A DNA stretch of 52,738 nt from a virus, in IMG/VR virus record IMGVR_UViG_3300029821_000006, positions 1-52,738 of that record; one strand, 5' to 3'. The translations under genes and the position numbers were made by a program. Within the stretch, counting starts at the first letter, position 1. Each line of letters starts with the position of its first letter. Shown here piece by piece: positions 25,525 through 33,900 of the stretch. Below the pieces are notes generated by a model. It did not search any database. It was not told where the DNA came from and worked only from the letters and a program-made list of their open reading frames with translations.

Positions 25525-27444
25525 TCAAGATTTTTGTCCCTTGATGTAGTAACTTACCACTTTGCTGTTTTCTCTCTGTACTGGAACGATCTCACCTTGG
25601 TCAACCATTGCATGTAGTGTCTGGTAAACTGCATGGCTGGGATGACCAGTAGCGCGAATGAAATCAACGCCCTTCAATTTTCCATGTTCCCCGATAAAAC
25701 TTAATATCTTTTCTTTGCTCTCATATTGGCATATTTCGGCGCTCGTTGGCATTTTATTAGCACCCGGTTCCCATTCGAATTGGCTTACGAGTCCGTTAGT
25801 AAATGTTATTTCGACGGGCAGACCATTTTTAATAACAATTTTGCTGATTAAAGCATCTATTATTTGGCGCAAATTGCCAGTTCCGGAAGTTTTAACTAAA
25901 TAGTCATAATTAAAAGGTTGTCCTTTTGACATAACTGTCTTTTCGAATAAAACCATCCCCGCTTTAAATGACAAGTTGTCGAATTTTGCGGTTCCATCAA
26001 TCGTTTTGAGCTCATCTATTTGTGCTCCTTTTAGCTCCGTTATTTTTCTGTCGAGATCATTCTTCTTCAACATAAAATCTTTTCCGCTCATCGATTCAGG
26101 CGAGAACAAATAAAGTTCTTCCAGGCGCAAAATAGCAGTTTCATATTTTTTCAATTCATTCTCGATTTTATTCGACCTTTTCAGGGCGGGATCGTTGTTT
26201 CCACTTTTCGTTTTGTGCTTGATTTTAGGTTTCCCTTGATCTAAAAGCTGCCCAATTATGCGGTCGATCGTGCCACTTGAGATTGACTTGAGACGCATGA
26301 ATGGCCATCCGTCGGTTAATAAATTTTCTATTGTGCCGGATCTCATACTTGGCTTAATCAACTCAGATAGCCTACGAACGTTAGATAGATAGTTAAACAC
26401 AATCGGAACTAACAGGCCATCTCCAATGCACCCCTTGCACGAATTTATGCTGCCATAGCCGGAACAAGAGTAGGTCGCCGGACGTAAGCCGTTTGATTTT
26501 TTCCTCGCTCCTGTGCTGGCATTGTACGGCCTTAAGCAGTCTCCGCAAATCAATTTTCTCGAGAAAATGTTTATCTGAGCGTTTTCTCGATGGTATTGGC
26601 TATCGCCGTTTCGATTTGATTTAAGGAGATTCTGGACTCGGCTAAATTGTTCTTCGTCAATGATGGCGGGATGGCTATTTTCTATAACAATCCAGTCGTT
26701 CTCTTTTTTCATTTTTCTTGAAGTGTAGTCCCGATAATTGTATCGGTATGTCCCTTTATAAAAAGGGTTTTTTAGCATGCTAACAATTGTGCTATGATCC
26801 CATTCGCCGCCACGCTTTGTTTTTATACCTTTATCCGCGAGGCTGGTCGCGACATCATTGGACGACTTGGTTTCTTCATATAGGTTAAAGATGTATCTTA
26901 CGATTTCGGCTTCATGTTCGTCAATTACCGGGAATTTACATTTACTTTCGATTAGATATCCCATCGGCGGTTGGGCGCCATTATAAAGCCCTTTTGAAGC
27001 TCTATCGATCATCACGGATAATACTCTTTCAGCAGTCATCTTCCTTTCAAGTTCTGCAAAAATTAAAGTGATCCGCAGCATCGCTTCGCCCATGGGGGAA
27101 CTGGTATCAAATTGTTCATTCTTGGATATAAAAGCGGTATCATACTTTTTTATTTCCTCATACATTTCACAAAAGTCAATTAGGTTTCGACTGATCCGGT
27201 CAAGCTTCCAGACCAGAATATGAGAAAACTCACGGTTTCGGACCCGGGTCATCATTTCCTGGTATTTAGGTCGGTCTGTGTTTTTGGCAGAGAACCCGGC
27301 ATCTTCAAAGATCTCATAGTCATCGATGTTCAGAGCGTACCTGGCATAGTTTACCAGATCATCGCGCTGCAGGGGAAGACTGTCTTTGTCTGCCTGCATG
27401 GCCGTAGAGACCCGGATGTAGAGTGCTGCTTTTTTATTGGACAT
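25525..27444 (-). CDS. Large serine recombinase (phage integrase)
   Basis: AALYIRVSTAMQ...LPLQ catalytic Ser motif, recombinase domain, Cys cluster CGDCLRPY...CSGYGSINSCKGC, coiled coil. ATG 27444 follows GAAGGTG. Confidence 0.9.
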   Translation of the reverse strand: MSNKKAALYIRVSTAMQADKDSLPLQRDDLVNYARYALNIDDYEIFEDAGFSAKNTDRPKYQEMMTRVRNREFSHILVWKLDRISRNLIDFCEMYEEIKKYDTAFISKNEQFDTSSPMGEAMLRITLIFAELERKMTAERVLSVMIDRASKGLYNGAQPPMGYLIESKCKFPVIDEHEAEIVRYIFNLYEETKSSNDVATSLADKGIKTKRGGEWDHSTIVSMLKNPFYKGTYRYNYRDYTSRKMKKENDWIVIENSHPAIIDEEQFSRVQNLLKSNRNGDSQYHRENAQINIFSRKLICGDCLRPYNASTGARKKSNGLRPATYSCSGYGSINSCKGCIGDGLLVPIVFNYLSNVRRLSELIKPSMRSGTIENLLTDGWPFMRLKSISSGTIDRIIGQLLDQGKPKIKHKTKSGNNDPALKRSNKIENELKKYETAILRLEELYLFSPESMSGKDFMLKKNDLDRKITELKGAQIDELKTIDGTAKFDNLSFKAGMVLFEKTVMSKGQPFNYDYLVKTSGTGNLRQIIDALISKIVIKNGLPVEITFTNGLVSQFEWEPGANKMPTSAEICQYESKEKILSFIGEHGKLKGVDFIRATGHPSHAVYQTLHAMVDQGEIVPVQRENSKVVSYYIKGQKS

Positions 27445-27458
27445 GAGAACACCTTCTT

Positions 27459-27902
27459 TTACTGGTATTGGTAATGGCCGCACAGCTTCGCGCGGTTAAG
27501 CACTTGCTCTACTGGCATGCCATATTTTTCCGCTAAATCCCACTCATTCAATCGTTTTATATCTTTCTCAAATAAGTATGGGGGCATGGTGAAATAGAGT
27601 GCAAAAGCGTCCGCTGAGGCTTCGTGCTTTCCAGGGGTATCGATTGTGGTCTTTTGTCGCCCGTGGGAAACAATATGGCCAAGCTCATGCGCCAAGGCAA
27701 ATCTTTGATCTGAGATTGTTTCAAAACGTGGCAAAATAAGCTCATTTCTAAAAATGCATGGCCTATTGATCTCTGAGCAATTTATAAGGGAATAGCCTTT
27801 ATCGGTAATGATTTCTTCGATGTCGTGAATTGGGACCGGCAGTGTCAAAATAGGATATTTGTTTAGTGTTTTGATTACATGTTTCTGTGTCATTTTATAC
27901 AA
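27459..27902 (-). CDS. immA: ImmA/IrrE-family metallopeptidase (start uncertain: TTG 27902, ATG 27893 or TTG 27923)
   Basis: HEXXH motif ALAHELGHIVSH. GGAGG lies 7 nt before TTG 27902. Followed 14 nt downstream by the integrase gene. Confidence 0.8.
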   Translation of the reverse strand: MYKMTQKHVIKTLNKYPILTLPVPIHDIEEIITDKGYSLINCSEINRPCIFRNELILPRFETISDQRFALAHELGHIVSHGRQKTTIDTPGKHEASADAFALYFTMPPYLFEKDIKRLNEWDLAEKYGMPVEQVLNRAKLCGHYQYQ

Positions 27903-27936
27903 TGTTGAACCTCCGTTTATCAATGCAATGAAAAAT

Positions 27937-27950
27937 AGAACGTGTGTTCT
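27937..27950. promoter_or_regulatory. LexA (Cheo/SOS) box aGAACgtgtGTTCt upstream of immA-int
   Basis: Perfect GAAC-N4-GTTC, just downstream of a minus-strand TACAAT -10-like hexamer. Confidence 0.65.
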
Positions 27951-28026
27951 TTTATTGTAGCAGAAAATCAGAGGTAGCAGTGAATAATTTAGAGTAAAAA
28001 ATTGTGAAGAAAATTAAGGGGGAAGG

Positions 28027-28046
28027 CGGGGAGAAGGATCTCCCCG
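28027..28046. terminator. Hairpin terminator after the membrane-protein gene
   Basis: CGGGGAGA-agga-TCTCCCCG. Confidence 0.55.
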
Positions 28047-28089
28047 GGTAAAATATGGTTATTATTAGCAGATGTTAAGGAATTAATAA

Positions 28090-28626
28090 TTATTTTAATC
28101 CGTATTGGGTTTTCACAGAAAGGGTACCGTCTTGGAAAGACAGAATTACGTTTGCTCCAAAATCACCTTCGCCTTCAAATGTGTAGGTTTGGGTATAGTA
28201 CGGTTCGCCCTTAGTTCCAACTTCTGACGATAGCGTTCCTGGTCCGCCAACGATAGCAATAACTTCATCATAAGTCATTCCATTTTGAATAGCGGTGAAT
28301 TCGGCCATGTTCATTTTTGGCGAGTTTGCTGCTGCTTGTTTCGTAGTTTCTGTTTCAGCTGGCTTTGCCTCCTGTGAAGTTGAAGACGCTACCTCTGTTT
28401 GCGTCGTGGCTTGAGGTATTGTTTTGGCTGCATTACCACCGCCAGTTATCCCTGCGAACCACATAAGCGAGTAGAATGCCAGTATGATCGTTAAAAAAAT
28501 TCTAAGACCAATCCCACCCTTTCCGTTCACCCATAAAAGAGTAAGCCCTGCTGGGGGAATAAAGATACAAGCGAGAACAACCACCCACGTTTTTTGCCAC
28601 CACGGCACTTTTACATTTTCATCCAT
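28090..28626 (-). CDS. Membrane protein with C-terminal DUF3862/BLIP-like domain (superinfection-exclusion candidate)
   Basis: Three TM segments, a Thr/Ala/Glu linker, then MAEFTAIQNGMTYDEVIAIVGGPGTL...TYTFEGEG...SFQDGTLSVKTQYGL. Confidence 0.75.
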   Translation of the reverse strand: MDENVKVPWWQKTWVVVLACIFIPPAGLTLLWVNGKGGIGLRIFLTIILAFYSLMWFAGITGGGNAAKTIPQATTQTEVASSTSQEAKPAETETTKQAAANSPKMNMAEFTAIQNGMTYDEVIAIVGGPGTLSSEVGTKGEPYYTQTYTFEGEGDFGANVILSFQDGTLSVKTQYGLK

Positions 28627-28725
28627 TTTCTGTTACTCCTCCTAAATATAGTTTAGTTAAAGTATATACTGATCGGGAAGGTACTGTAAATCAATAGAAC
28701 GTGCAAATTTTAGATGAAATCATCA

Positions 28726-28759
28726 TGATTTATCAAAGTTCATCGAAAGTTTGATAAAT
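28726..28759. repeat. Perfect 10-bp inverted repeat ATTTATCAAA(N12)TTTGATAAAT between the nuclease-like and membrane genes
   Basis: Read directly. Either a terminator without a T-run or an operator. Confidence 0.5.
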
Positions 28760-28793
28760 GTAAAGTATGAAAAAAGTCTTTGATTGGCTCGGC

Positions 28794-29870
28794 CTAACTG
28801 ATTAAGCTGTTTAAGCGCGCAACCAGCTGGTCAGTATAGGCATATATATCGTCAAGTTTATCTAAGACAATCTTTTCATTGGCATCACCATTTGGAATGA
28901 TGATATATTTTGTATTTTCTTTCAAGAATATGCGACAAATCCACTTAGTAACTTTCCCGTCAATAATAATCGAGAAGTAGCTAGCCGTGTCCTTGTACCC
29001 GATCCGGTTTAAATCAACAGCATTATGCAAAAGCGATTTTACAATGAAAAAGCACTCGATTTCTTCGTCCGTAGTAATGATATTGGAAACACTTGCGATT
29101 AGAGCGGATTCATCAACTTCTTCAAACTGTTGAATGGCCTTGGGTTCAAACGATTCATCGCTTTTTAATGCGTTCTGAATTTTGTCATTGACCAGCTCAT
29201 TAATATACTGGGATATTGATTTCTTCACAGTGGGCCGGTATTTATCGACAGTGTTTTGAGTCTTCATTCCGTCGTATACGCCCTGGGTTAAAATAAAACG
29301 GATAAAATCATCGGATGGATTTGAAAACTCATCTTTCAAGACTTTCTTGATTAAACCGAGGTACTTGAGCTCCGAAGCGGTATCTAAGATCATGCTCAGG
29401 TCAAAGTTTTCTTTGCAGAACTTTTTGAGTTCAATTATCTCACTGTCGCTGATATCAAGCAAATTAATTTCGAAAAATGGGGAACTGTCCATTTTATTTT
29501 GCTCATCCAGGTCACTGTAGAACCGATAAATAAGACCATTCGTTAATATTGCAAATTTTGCCGCCGTTGTCCCAAAGTAGCGGAACAATTGGGAGTCATG
29601 TTTTTCTAACTGCTCATTGATCGATTTAGCTTCAATGAGTAAGGTAAGTTCTCCATTTAAAAGGATTGCATAATCCACTTTTTCGCCTTTTTTAATGCCA
29701 ACGTCAGCTGTGTATTCTGGTATAAACTCCGTCGGGTTGAATACATCATAACCCAGAATTTGGAAAAATGGCATTACTATGGACGTTTTCGTAGCTTCTT
29801 CCGTAGCAATGTTGTCCTTTGTCTTTTTTACTCGCTCAATAAACTCTCTCAACTTCTCCTCAAAACTCAT
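28794..29870 (-). CDS. Stand-alone HsdR-N-terminal-like PD-(D/E)xK nuclease-fold protein with conserved C-terminal domain
   Basis: EEATKTSIVMPFFQILGY...KVDYAILLNGELTLLIEAKS...FAILTNGLIYRFY gives E...D...ExK. ATG 29870 is 5 nt after AGGAGG. The track start 29903 lacks an RBS. Confidence 0.75.
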   Translation of the reverse strand: MSFEEKLREFIERVKKTKDNIATEEATKTSIVMPFFQILGYDVFNPTEFIPEYTADVGIKKGEKVDYAILLNGELTLLIEAKSINEQLEKHDSQLFRYFGTTAAKFAILTNGLIYRFYSDLDEQNKMDSSPFFEINLLDISDSEIIELKKFCKENFDLSMILDTASELKYLGLIKKVLKDEFSNPSDDFIRFILTQGVYDGMKTQNTVDKYRPTVKKSISQYINELVNDKIQNALKSDESFEPKAIQQFEEVDESALIASVSNIITTDEEIECFFIVKSLLHNAVDLNRIGYKDTASYFSIIIDGKVTKWICRIFLKENTKYIIIPNGDANEKIVLDKLDDIYAYTDQLVARLNSLIS

Positions 29871-29930
29871 GTTTTCCTCCTGTAGATTTGATTTTTTTGA
29901 CATATGTCAGACTTTCAATAAAATCTGACA

Positions 29931-29959
29931 AAATAAAAAACAGACTTGAATAAAGCCTG
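29931..29959 (-). terminator. Terminator immediately after the repressor gene
   Basis: Hairpin CAGaCTT-gaata-AAGcCTG plus a minus-strand T-run. Confidence 0.55.
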
Positions 29960-30349
29960 TTATTTTTCTTCGTTTATTTTCTTAAGTGCCTTTTGACCCT
30001 TTATGAAGTTCAAAAGATTTCTTTTTTCTTCTTCGGACCATTCGTCGTAATCCTGAAATTCTGTTCGAAGTGGTTCGTCGTCCAGCAGTGCTTCCAGTTC
30101 TTTTGCGTAATCATGTTCGTCGTAAAGATCTTGGTTGACGTCACGGGAAGGGATGGGATCGTCAGTTAGACAAAGAATATAATCGATGGATACCTCAAAT
30201 ATTAAAGCCAATGACTTCAAAACCTCGTTTGATATTTGAAGTAGCTCGTTTTCATATTTCGAAATAGCAGCACCTTGCACACCTATTTTCTTAGCAAGTT
30301 CGGCTTGTGTAATACCTTTTTTTATTCTTAGTTCTTTTATTCTATTCAT
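29960..30349 (-). CDS. XRE-family HTH repressor (CI/ImmR-like)
   Basis: MNRIKELRIKKGITQAELAKKIGVQGAAISKYENE; divergent from the cro-like gene. Confidence 0.85.
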   Translation of the reverse strand: MNRIKELRIKKGITQAELAKKIGVQGAAISKYENELLQISNEVLKSLALIFEVSIDYILCLTDDPIPSRDVNQDLYDEHDYAKELEALLDDEPLRTEFQDYDEWSEEEKRNLLNFIKGQKALKKINEEK

Positions 30350-30372
30350 TTGCTAACCCCCCTGATTTGTAC

Positions 30373-30401
30373 ATTATATTCTATCCAATATGGAAAAACA
30401 A
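30373..30401 (-). promoter_or_regulatory. Leftward (repressor) promoter
   Basis: Minus strand TTGTTT, 17 nt, TATAAT; operator O1 lies in the spacer. Confidence 0.55.
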
Positions 30402-30498
30402 CGGATGTATCCAATGTGGAAAAAATATTTTTAAAAAAGCGTTGACATTATCCATGGTGGAAAGTATAATGAATCTATAAATATTCCATGATGGAAAA
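30382..30498. promoter_or_regulatory. Four operator boxes, consensus TATCCA-N3-TGGAAAA (O1 30382-30397, O2 30408-30423, O3 30449-30464, O4 30482-30498)
   Basis: Read directly: tatccaatatggaaaa / tatccaatgtggaaaa / tatccatggtggaaag / tattccatgatggaaaa. Confidence 0.8.
30442..30470 (+). promoter_or_regulatory. Rightward early promoter (consensus)
   Basis: TTGACA, 17 nt, TATAAT, with O3 filling the spacer. Confidence 0.8.
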
Positions 30499-30526
30499 TG
30501 CGAGAAATAAGAAACGAGGTGATTAA

Positions 30527-30763
30527 GTGAGAAATTTAAGAGAAATTAGAACGAGCAAAAAAATATCGGCTATGGATATGGCGGCAGCGTTGGGCTTGAA
30601 AACAGAGGCGGCTTACTATAAAAAGGAAAGTGGCAGTATTAGAATTACGATTGATGAAGCTAAAATAATAGCCGATAAACTCGGAGAACCGATTGAATTA
30701 GTTTTTTTTAGCGACGAACTTTCCACCACGGAAAATCAAGCTAAAAAACCAAAAGCAAGCTAG
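30527..30763 (+). CDS. Cro-like XRE HTH protein
   Basis: GTG start after GAGGTG. 78 aa; first gene of the rightward operon. Confidence 0.75.
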   Translation: MRNLREIRTSKKISAMDMAAALGLKTEAAYYKKESGSIRITIDEAKIIADKLGEPIELVFFSDELSTTENQAKKPKAS

Positions 30764-30769
30764 GAAGGA

Positions 30770-31321
30770 GTGATTTACTTGGAACAACTGATATATGCAA
30801 AACAAGATGACTATATGGAGATCAGCAAAGATGAATACCTGAAAATGAAAAATAAATTAGTCGAATTGGAAAATAAGATCAATAAAATTGAAGATCGTGA
30901 CTATTGTACCAAAAACTTAAAATACATGGTCGCAGAGTTGCCAATAGACCATGTTCGCAATTCAGCTGATGACCACCCGATATTTGAGTATTCAACACTT
31001 GGCGGAGATACATGGACGATGTTTTTAAACTTGGCAAAGATAATTCACCGCGAAAACTGTAAATTTTATATGGATAACGCAGGGCCTTCTTATTACAGCA
31101 GACCATATATACGATCAACTGGTAAATGCCTATTACCAAAAGTTCACAGCATGGACAGAGACCAAAAGCGTATCTCAGTTGAAATGCTCAATGAGCTGAT
31201 CCCGATTTACAATAAGTATTACAAAATGGTCCATTCGCAAGTTTTATACAAACCATCTGGTTCAGAAACATTCGCACTTGTTGATGTAAATGAAGCAACG
31301 GCGGAAAGGAGAGCTATATGA
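30770..31321 (+). CDS. Hypothetical early protein (183 aa; start uncertain)
   Basis: ORF only; GTG start after AGGAAGGAG. Confidence 0.55.
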   Translation: MIYLEQLIYAKQDDYMEISKDEYLKMKNKLVELENKINKIEDRDYCTKNLKYMVAELPIDHVRNSADDHPIFEYSTLGGDTWTMFLNLAKIIHRENCKFYMDNAGPSYYSRPYIRSTGKCLLPKVHSMDRDQKRISVEMLNELIPIYNKYYKMVHSQVLYKPSGSETFALVDVNEATAERRAI

Positions 31322-32109
31322 ATAATTTAATGATTTTCGAAGGTCGTCAGGTGGAAGTATTCGAATTTGAAGGGGAGGTTTTATTTAACCCCAAGCATGT
31401 TGCTGATTGTCTGGATATTAAAAATGTTAATGACAATATCAGTAGAATGAACCGTAAGCAAGTAGTTAAACTCACAAATTCGGTTATCGGCAAAGCCGAC
31501 ATCCGAAAACTCAACAACGCTGGAGAAAACTTCCTCACTGAAAGCGGCGTCTACAAGCTAATTTTCAAATCGCACAAACCGGATGCCGAAAAATTCCAAG
31601 ACTGGGTGACGGACGAAGTCCTCCCAACCATCCGCAAACACGGGGCCTACATGACGCCAGAAAAAATTGAAGAAGTGCTTCTCAACCCGGATGTGATTAT
31701 TAATCTGGCGACCAGACTTAAAGAAGAGCAGGCACTTGTAATGAAATTAGAAGCCAAAATGTTTGAGGATCGGCCAAAAGTAATATTTGCAGAATCTGTC
31801 ACGGCAAGTGAAGATTCAATCCTTATTGGGGAAATGGCGAAACTTTTAAAACAGAACGGCTTCAATACCGGGCAAAACAGATTTTATGCTTTACTCCGCG
31901 AACAAGGGTTTTTAATTAAGAGGAAAGGTTCAGACTACAACCTCCCAACACAGAAAAGTATTGAAATGGGGCTGTTTGAGATTAAAGAGACTGCCATTGC
32001 TCATTCTGACGGGAGAATAAAGGTTGAAAAAACTGCGAAAGTAACAGGGAAAGGTCAATTGTATTTTATGAATCGATTTAAGCCAAGCGTTGACATTGCG
32101 GCGGAGTAG
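31318..32109 (+). CDS. Antirepressor (Bro-N + KilAC/ANT C-terminal domains)
   Basis: FLTESGVYKLIFKSHKPDAEKFQDWVTDEVLPTIRKHGAY (Bro-N); PKVIFAESVTAS...LLREQGFLIKRKG (KilAC). Confidence 0.85.
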   Translation: MNNLMIFEGRQVEVFEFEGEVLFNPKHVADCLDIKNVNDNISRMNRKQVVKLTNSVIGKADIRKLNNAGENFLTESGVYKLIFKSHKPDAEKFQDWVTDEVLPTIRKHGAYMTPEKIEEVLLNPDVIINLATRLKEEQALVMKLEAKMFEDRPKVIFAESVTASEDSILIGEMAKLLKQNGFNTGQNRFYALLREQGFLIKRKGSDYNLPTQKSIEMGLFEIKETAIAHSDGRIKVEKTAKVTGKGQLYFMNRFKPSVDIAAE

Positions 32110-32122
32110 AAAGGAGAACTAC

Positions 32123-32440
32123 ATGAAAGTTAAAATCGGCCAAGTGCTGGAGCTAAAAGAGGATGTTGAAACGACCAGTTTTTTAATTGACACGAAAACT
32201 GTTTATAAGGCCGGCACAGAAATACTTGTAACAGCGAGAGGGTTTGCGGTATATCCGGACGGGAGTATCCAAAAACTAGACCGCACTTATGATGTCGCAG
32301 GGTATGACATCGGCGCTATTTCTTCAAGAATAGCTAGTCGTTTAAGATGGCAATTTGATCTTGCGGATACTTTTAACGAAGACGAACTTGAAGTTTTTGA
32401 ATGCGAAATTGCGGCAATCCTTGATGAAATATTTGAATAA
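32123..32440 (+). CDS. Hypothetical protein (105 aa)
   Basis: ATG after GAAAGGAG, inside track ORF 32090..32440. Confidence 0.6.
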   Translation: MKVKIGQVLELKEDVETTSFLIDTKTVYKAGTEILVTARGFAVYPDGSIQKLDRTYDVAGYDIGAISSRIASRLRWQFDLADTFNEDELEVFECEIAAILDEIFE

Positions 32441-32450
32441 GGAGTGACCC

Positions 32451-32615
32451 ATGCAAATCATCATCGAATTCGTCACAGAACGTACCGCGGTCACGGACAA
32501 AGAGATGTTGATGCGATTCAGCTGCCCACATACCTACGGCCATGACCATGGTTATGCTTGGGGGAGGCCGGCCTACTCAACGGCAGCCGGCCAAGTAATG
32601 GAGAAAATCTTTTAA
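32451..32615 (+). CDS. Small hypothetical protein (54 aa)
   Basis: AAGGAG 6 nt upstream of ATG. Confidence 0.4.
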   Translation: MQIIIEFVTERTAVTDKEMLMRFSCPHTYGHDHGYAWGRPAYSTAAGQVMEKIF

Positions 32616-32656
32616 GAAGTGACGGGAGCGACCGATCGGGGAATCGGCCAAGAGTT

Positions 32657-32697
32657 AAGCGGGGAGTAAGCGGCAGAAAGCGGAAGAAAGCTTGCGG
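32657..32697. repeat. Helically phased AAGCGG boxes (three exact, one degenerate; 10-11 bp period)
   Basis: AAGCGG at 32657, 32668 and 32678; AAGCttGCGG at 32688. Non-coding gap upstream of the HTH gene. Confidence 0.6.
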
Positions 32698-32742
32698 TAA
32701 CTTTCCTTACTAAAAGTATACAACGAAAGGAGAAATTTAAGA

Positions 32743-33342
32743 ATGAACGATAATTGCAAGAACGTCCTTAAAATGTTCAGACTTCGTGCCGGAATCAGCC
32801 AGGAAGAAGCGGCTAGTGCACTAAGCATATCGATTCATACCCTTTACAACTATGAAACATACTCAAATTATTCACGTAAAAACATGCCACCCGAGGAGAT
32901 TGTATTGGAAATGATGGATCTCTACATTACTGATCCTGATCCGGCCCGCCGGAAGATGCGACAGTTTTACATGGGGATCATGTATCTCTGTGAAACAAAC
33001 CAAATTTTTAGTGGAATATTCTGCGGCGTTAAATCCCGGAACCTGTCCGAGGCATTTATCAACTATCAGATGGAGTTGGAAGATGTCCAGATCATGGAAC
33101 AGCAGATGCGGCGGGTAATCGTTGATGACCAGATCGACGACCATGAAACCGATGTTGCCGGGGCCTTCCTCAAGGAGTTGCTTGAGAGCACCTTCGCCAA
33201 TGTTGTATTTGCGGTATCGGCCATGGAGAAGACGATTGTTCCGAAAAAAATAGCAAAAAAAACACAACCAAGGAAACATCTGATCATGAACGAAAGGAGG
33301 CCTGCGAACTATGAGGGAGAAAGATTATTCGCTCGGGGTTGA
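32743..33342 (+). CDS. HTH (XRE-like N-terminus) protein, 199 aa
   Basis: LKMFRLRAGISQEEAASALSISIHTLYNYE. Confidence 0.65.
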   Translation: MNDNCKNVLKMFRLRAGISQEEAASALSISIHTLYNYETYSNYSRKNMPPEEIVLEMMDLYITDPDPARRKMRQFYMGIMYLCETNQIFSGIFCGVKSRNLSEAFINYQMELEDVQIMEQQMRRVIVDDQIDDHETDVAGAFLKELLESTFANVVFAVSAMEKTIVPKKIAKKTQPRKHLIMNERRPANYEGERLFARG

Positions 33343-33493
33343 TTTAGAAGCACAGAAAAAAGCACTCGCGGAGTTTGGTATTTTTTCTAATGAGCAAGTT
33401 AAAAAAGCAGCGGGAATGGATCTAAACATCGCCGCATTCGTTATCCCGTATGACGAAGTAATGAAAAATGCAAAGGAAGACAAAAGTGCATAA
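33311..33493 (+). CDS. Small hypothetical protein (60 aa), overlapping the upstream ORF end
   Basis: AAGGAGG 11 nt upstream of ATG. Confidence 0.35.
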   Translation: MREKDYSLGVDLEAQKKALAEFGIFSNEQVKKAAGMDLNIAAFVIPYDEVMKNAKEDKSA

Positions 33494-33603
33494 AAAAAGA
33501 AAAACACCCGTTACAGCAGGAGTTTTTCAAGAAGCATTACAAATAGTATACATCAATTTTATCACAGCAAACAACATAAATCAAGAATAACAGGGAGAAA
33601 CCA

Positions 33604-33888
33604 ATGGACAAATTAGAAGCAGTTCAAGAAATCATGCGATTAAGCATCGAAATTAATGGAGTAGAAGAAGATCGATTTGCAATGGGAAGAAAGCCATGTG
33701 TGATGATCCACTTCGCCGGGCATGTAACCGGCCTAATGGTGAATGTTTATTACACTGGCATGAATTACAACAAAAAACCGGATTATGTTTTCGATGCATA
33801 TATCAGCGACACCGAGGTGGCCAAGCTGTTGAAATGTGTCAGATACCTTGAAAAACTTAAGGAAAAGGTGCTGGAAGAGGCAGCGTAA
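33604..33888 (+). CDS. Hypothetical protein (94 aa)
   Basis: ORF with GGGAGA RBS. Confidence 0.6.
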   Translation: MDKLEAVQEIMRLSIEINGVEEDRFAMGRKPCVMIHFAGHVTGLMVNVYYTGMNYNKKPDYVFDAYISDTEVAKLLKCVRYLEKLKEKVLEEAA

Positions 33889-33900
33889 CGGTGGAGGATC

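Noticed and set aside
28694-28705. Second LexA box (AATAGAACGTG shared with the 27934 site)
   Set aside because: Only the GAAC half-site is present (GAACGTGCAAAT), with no GTTC partner.
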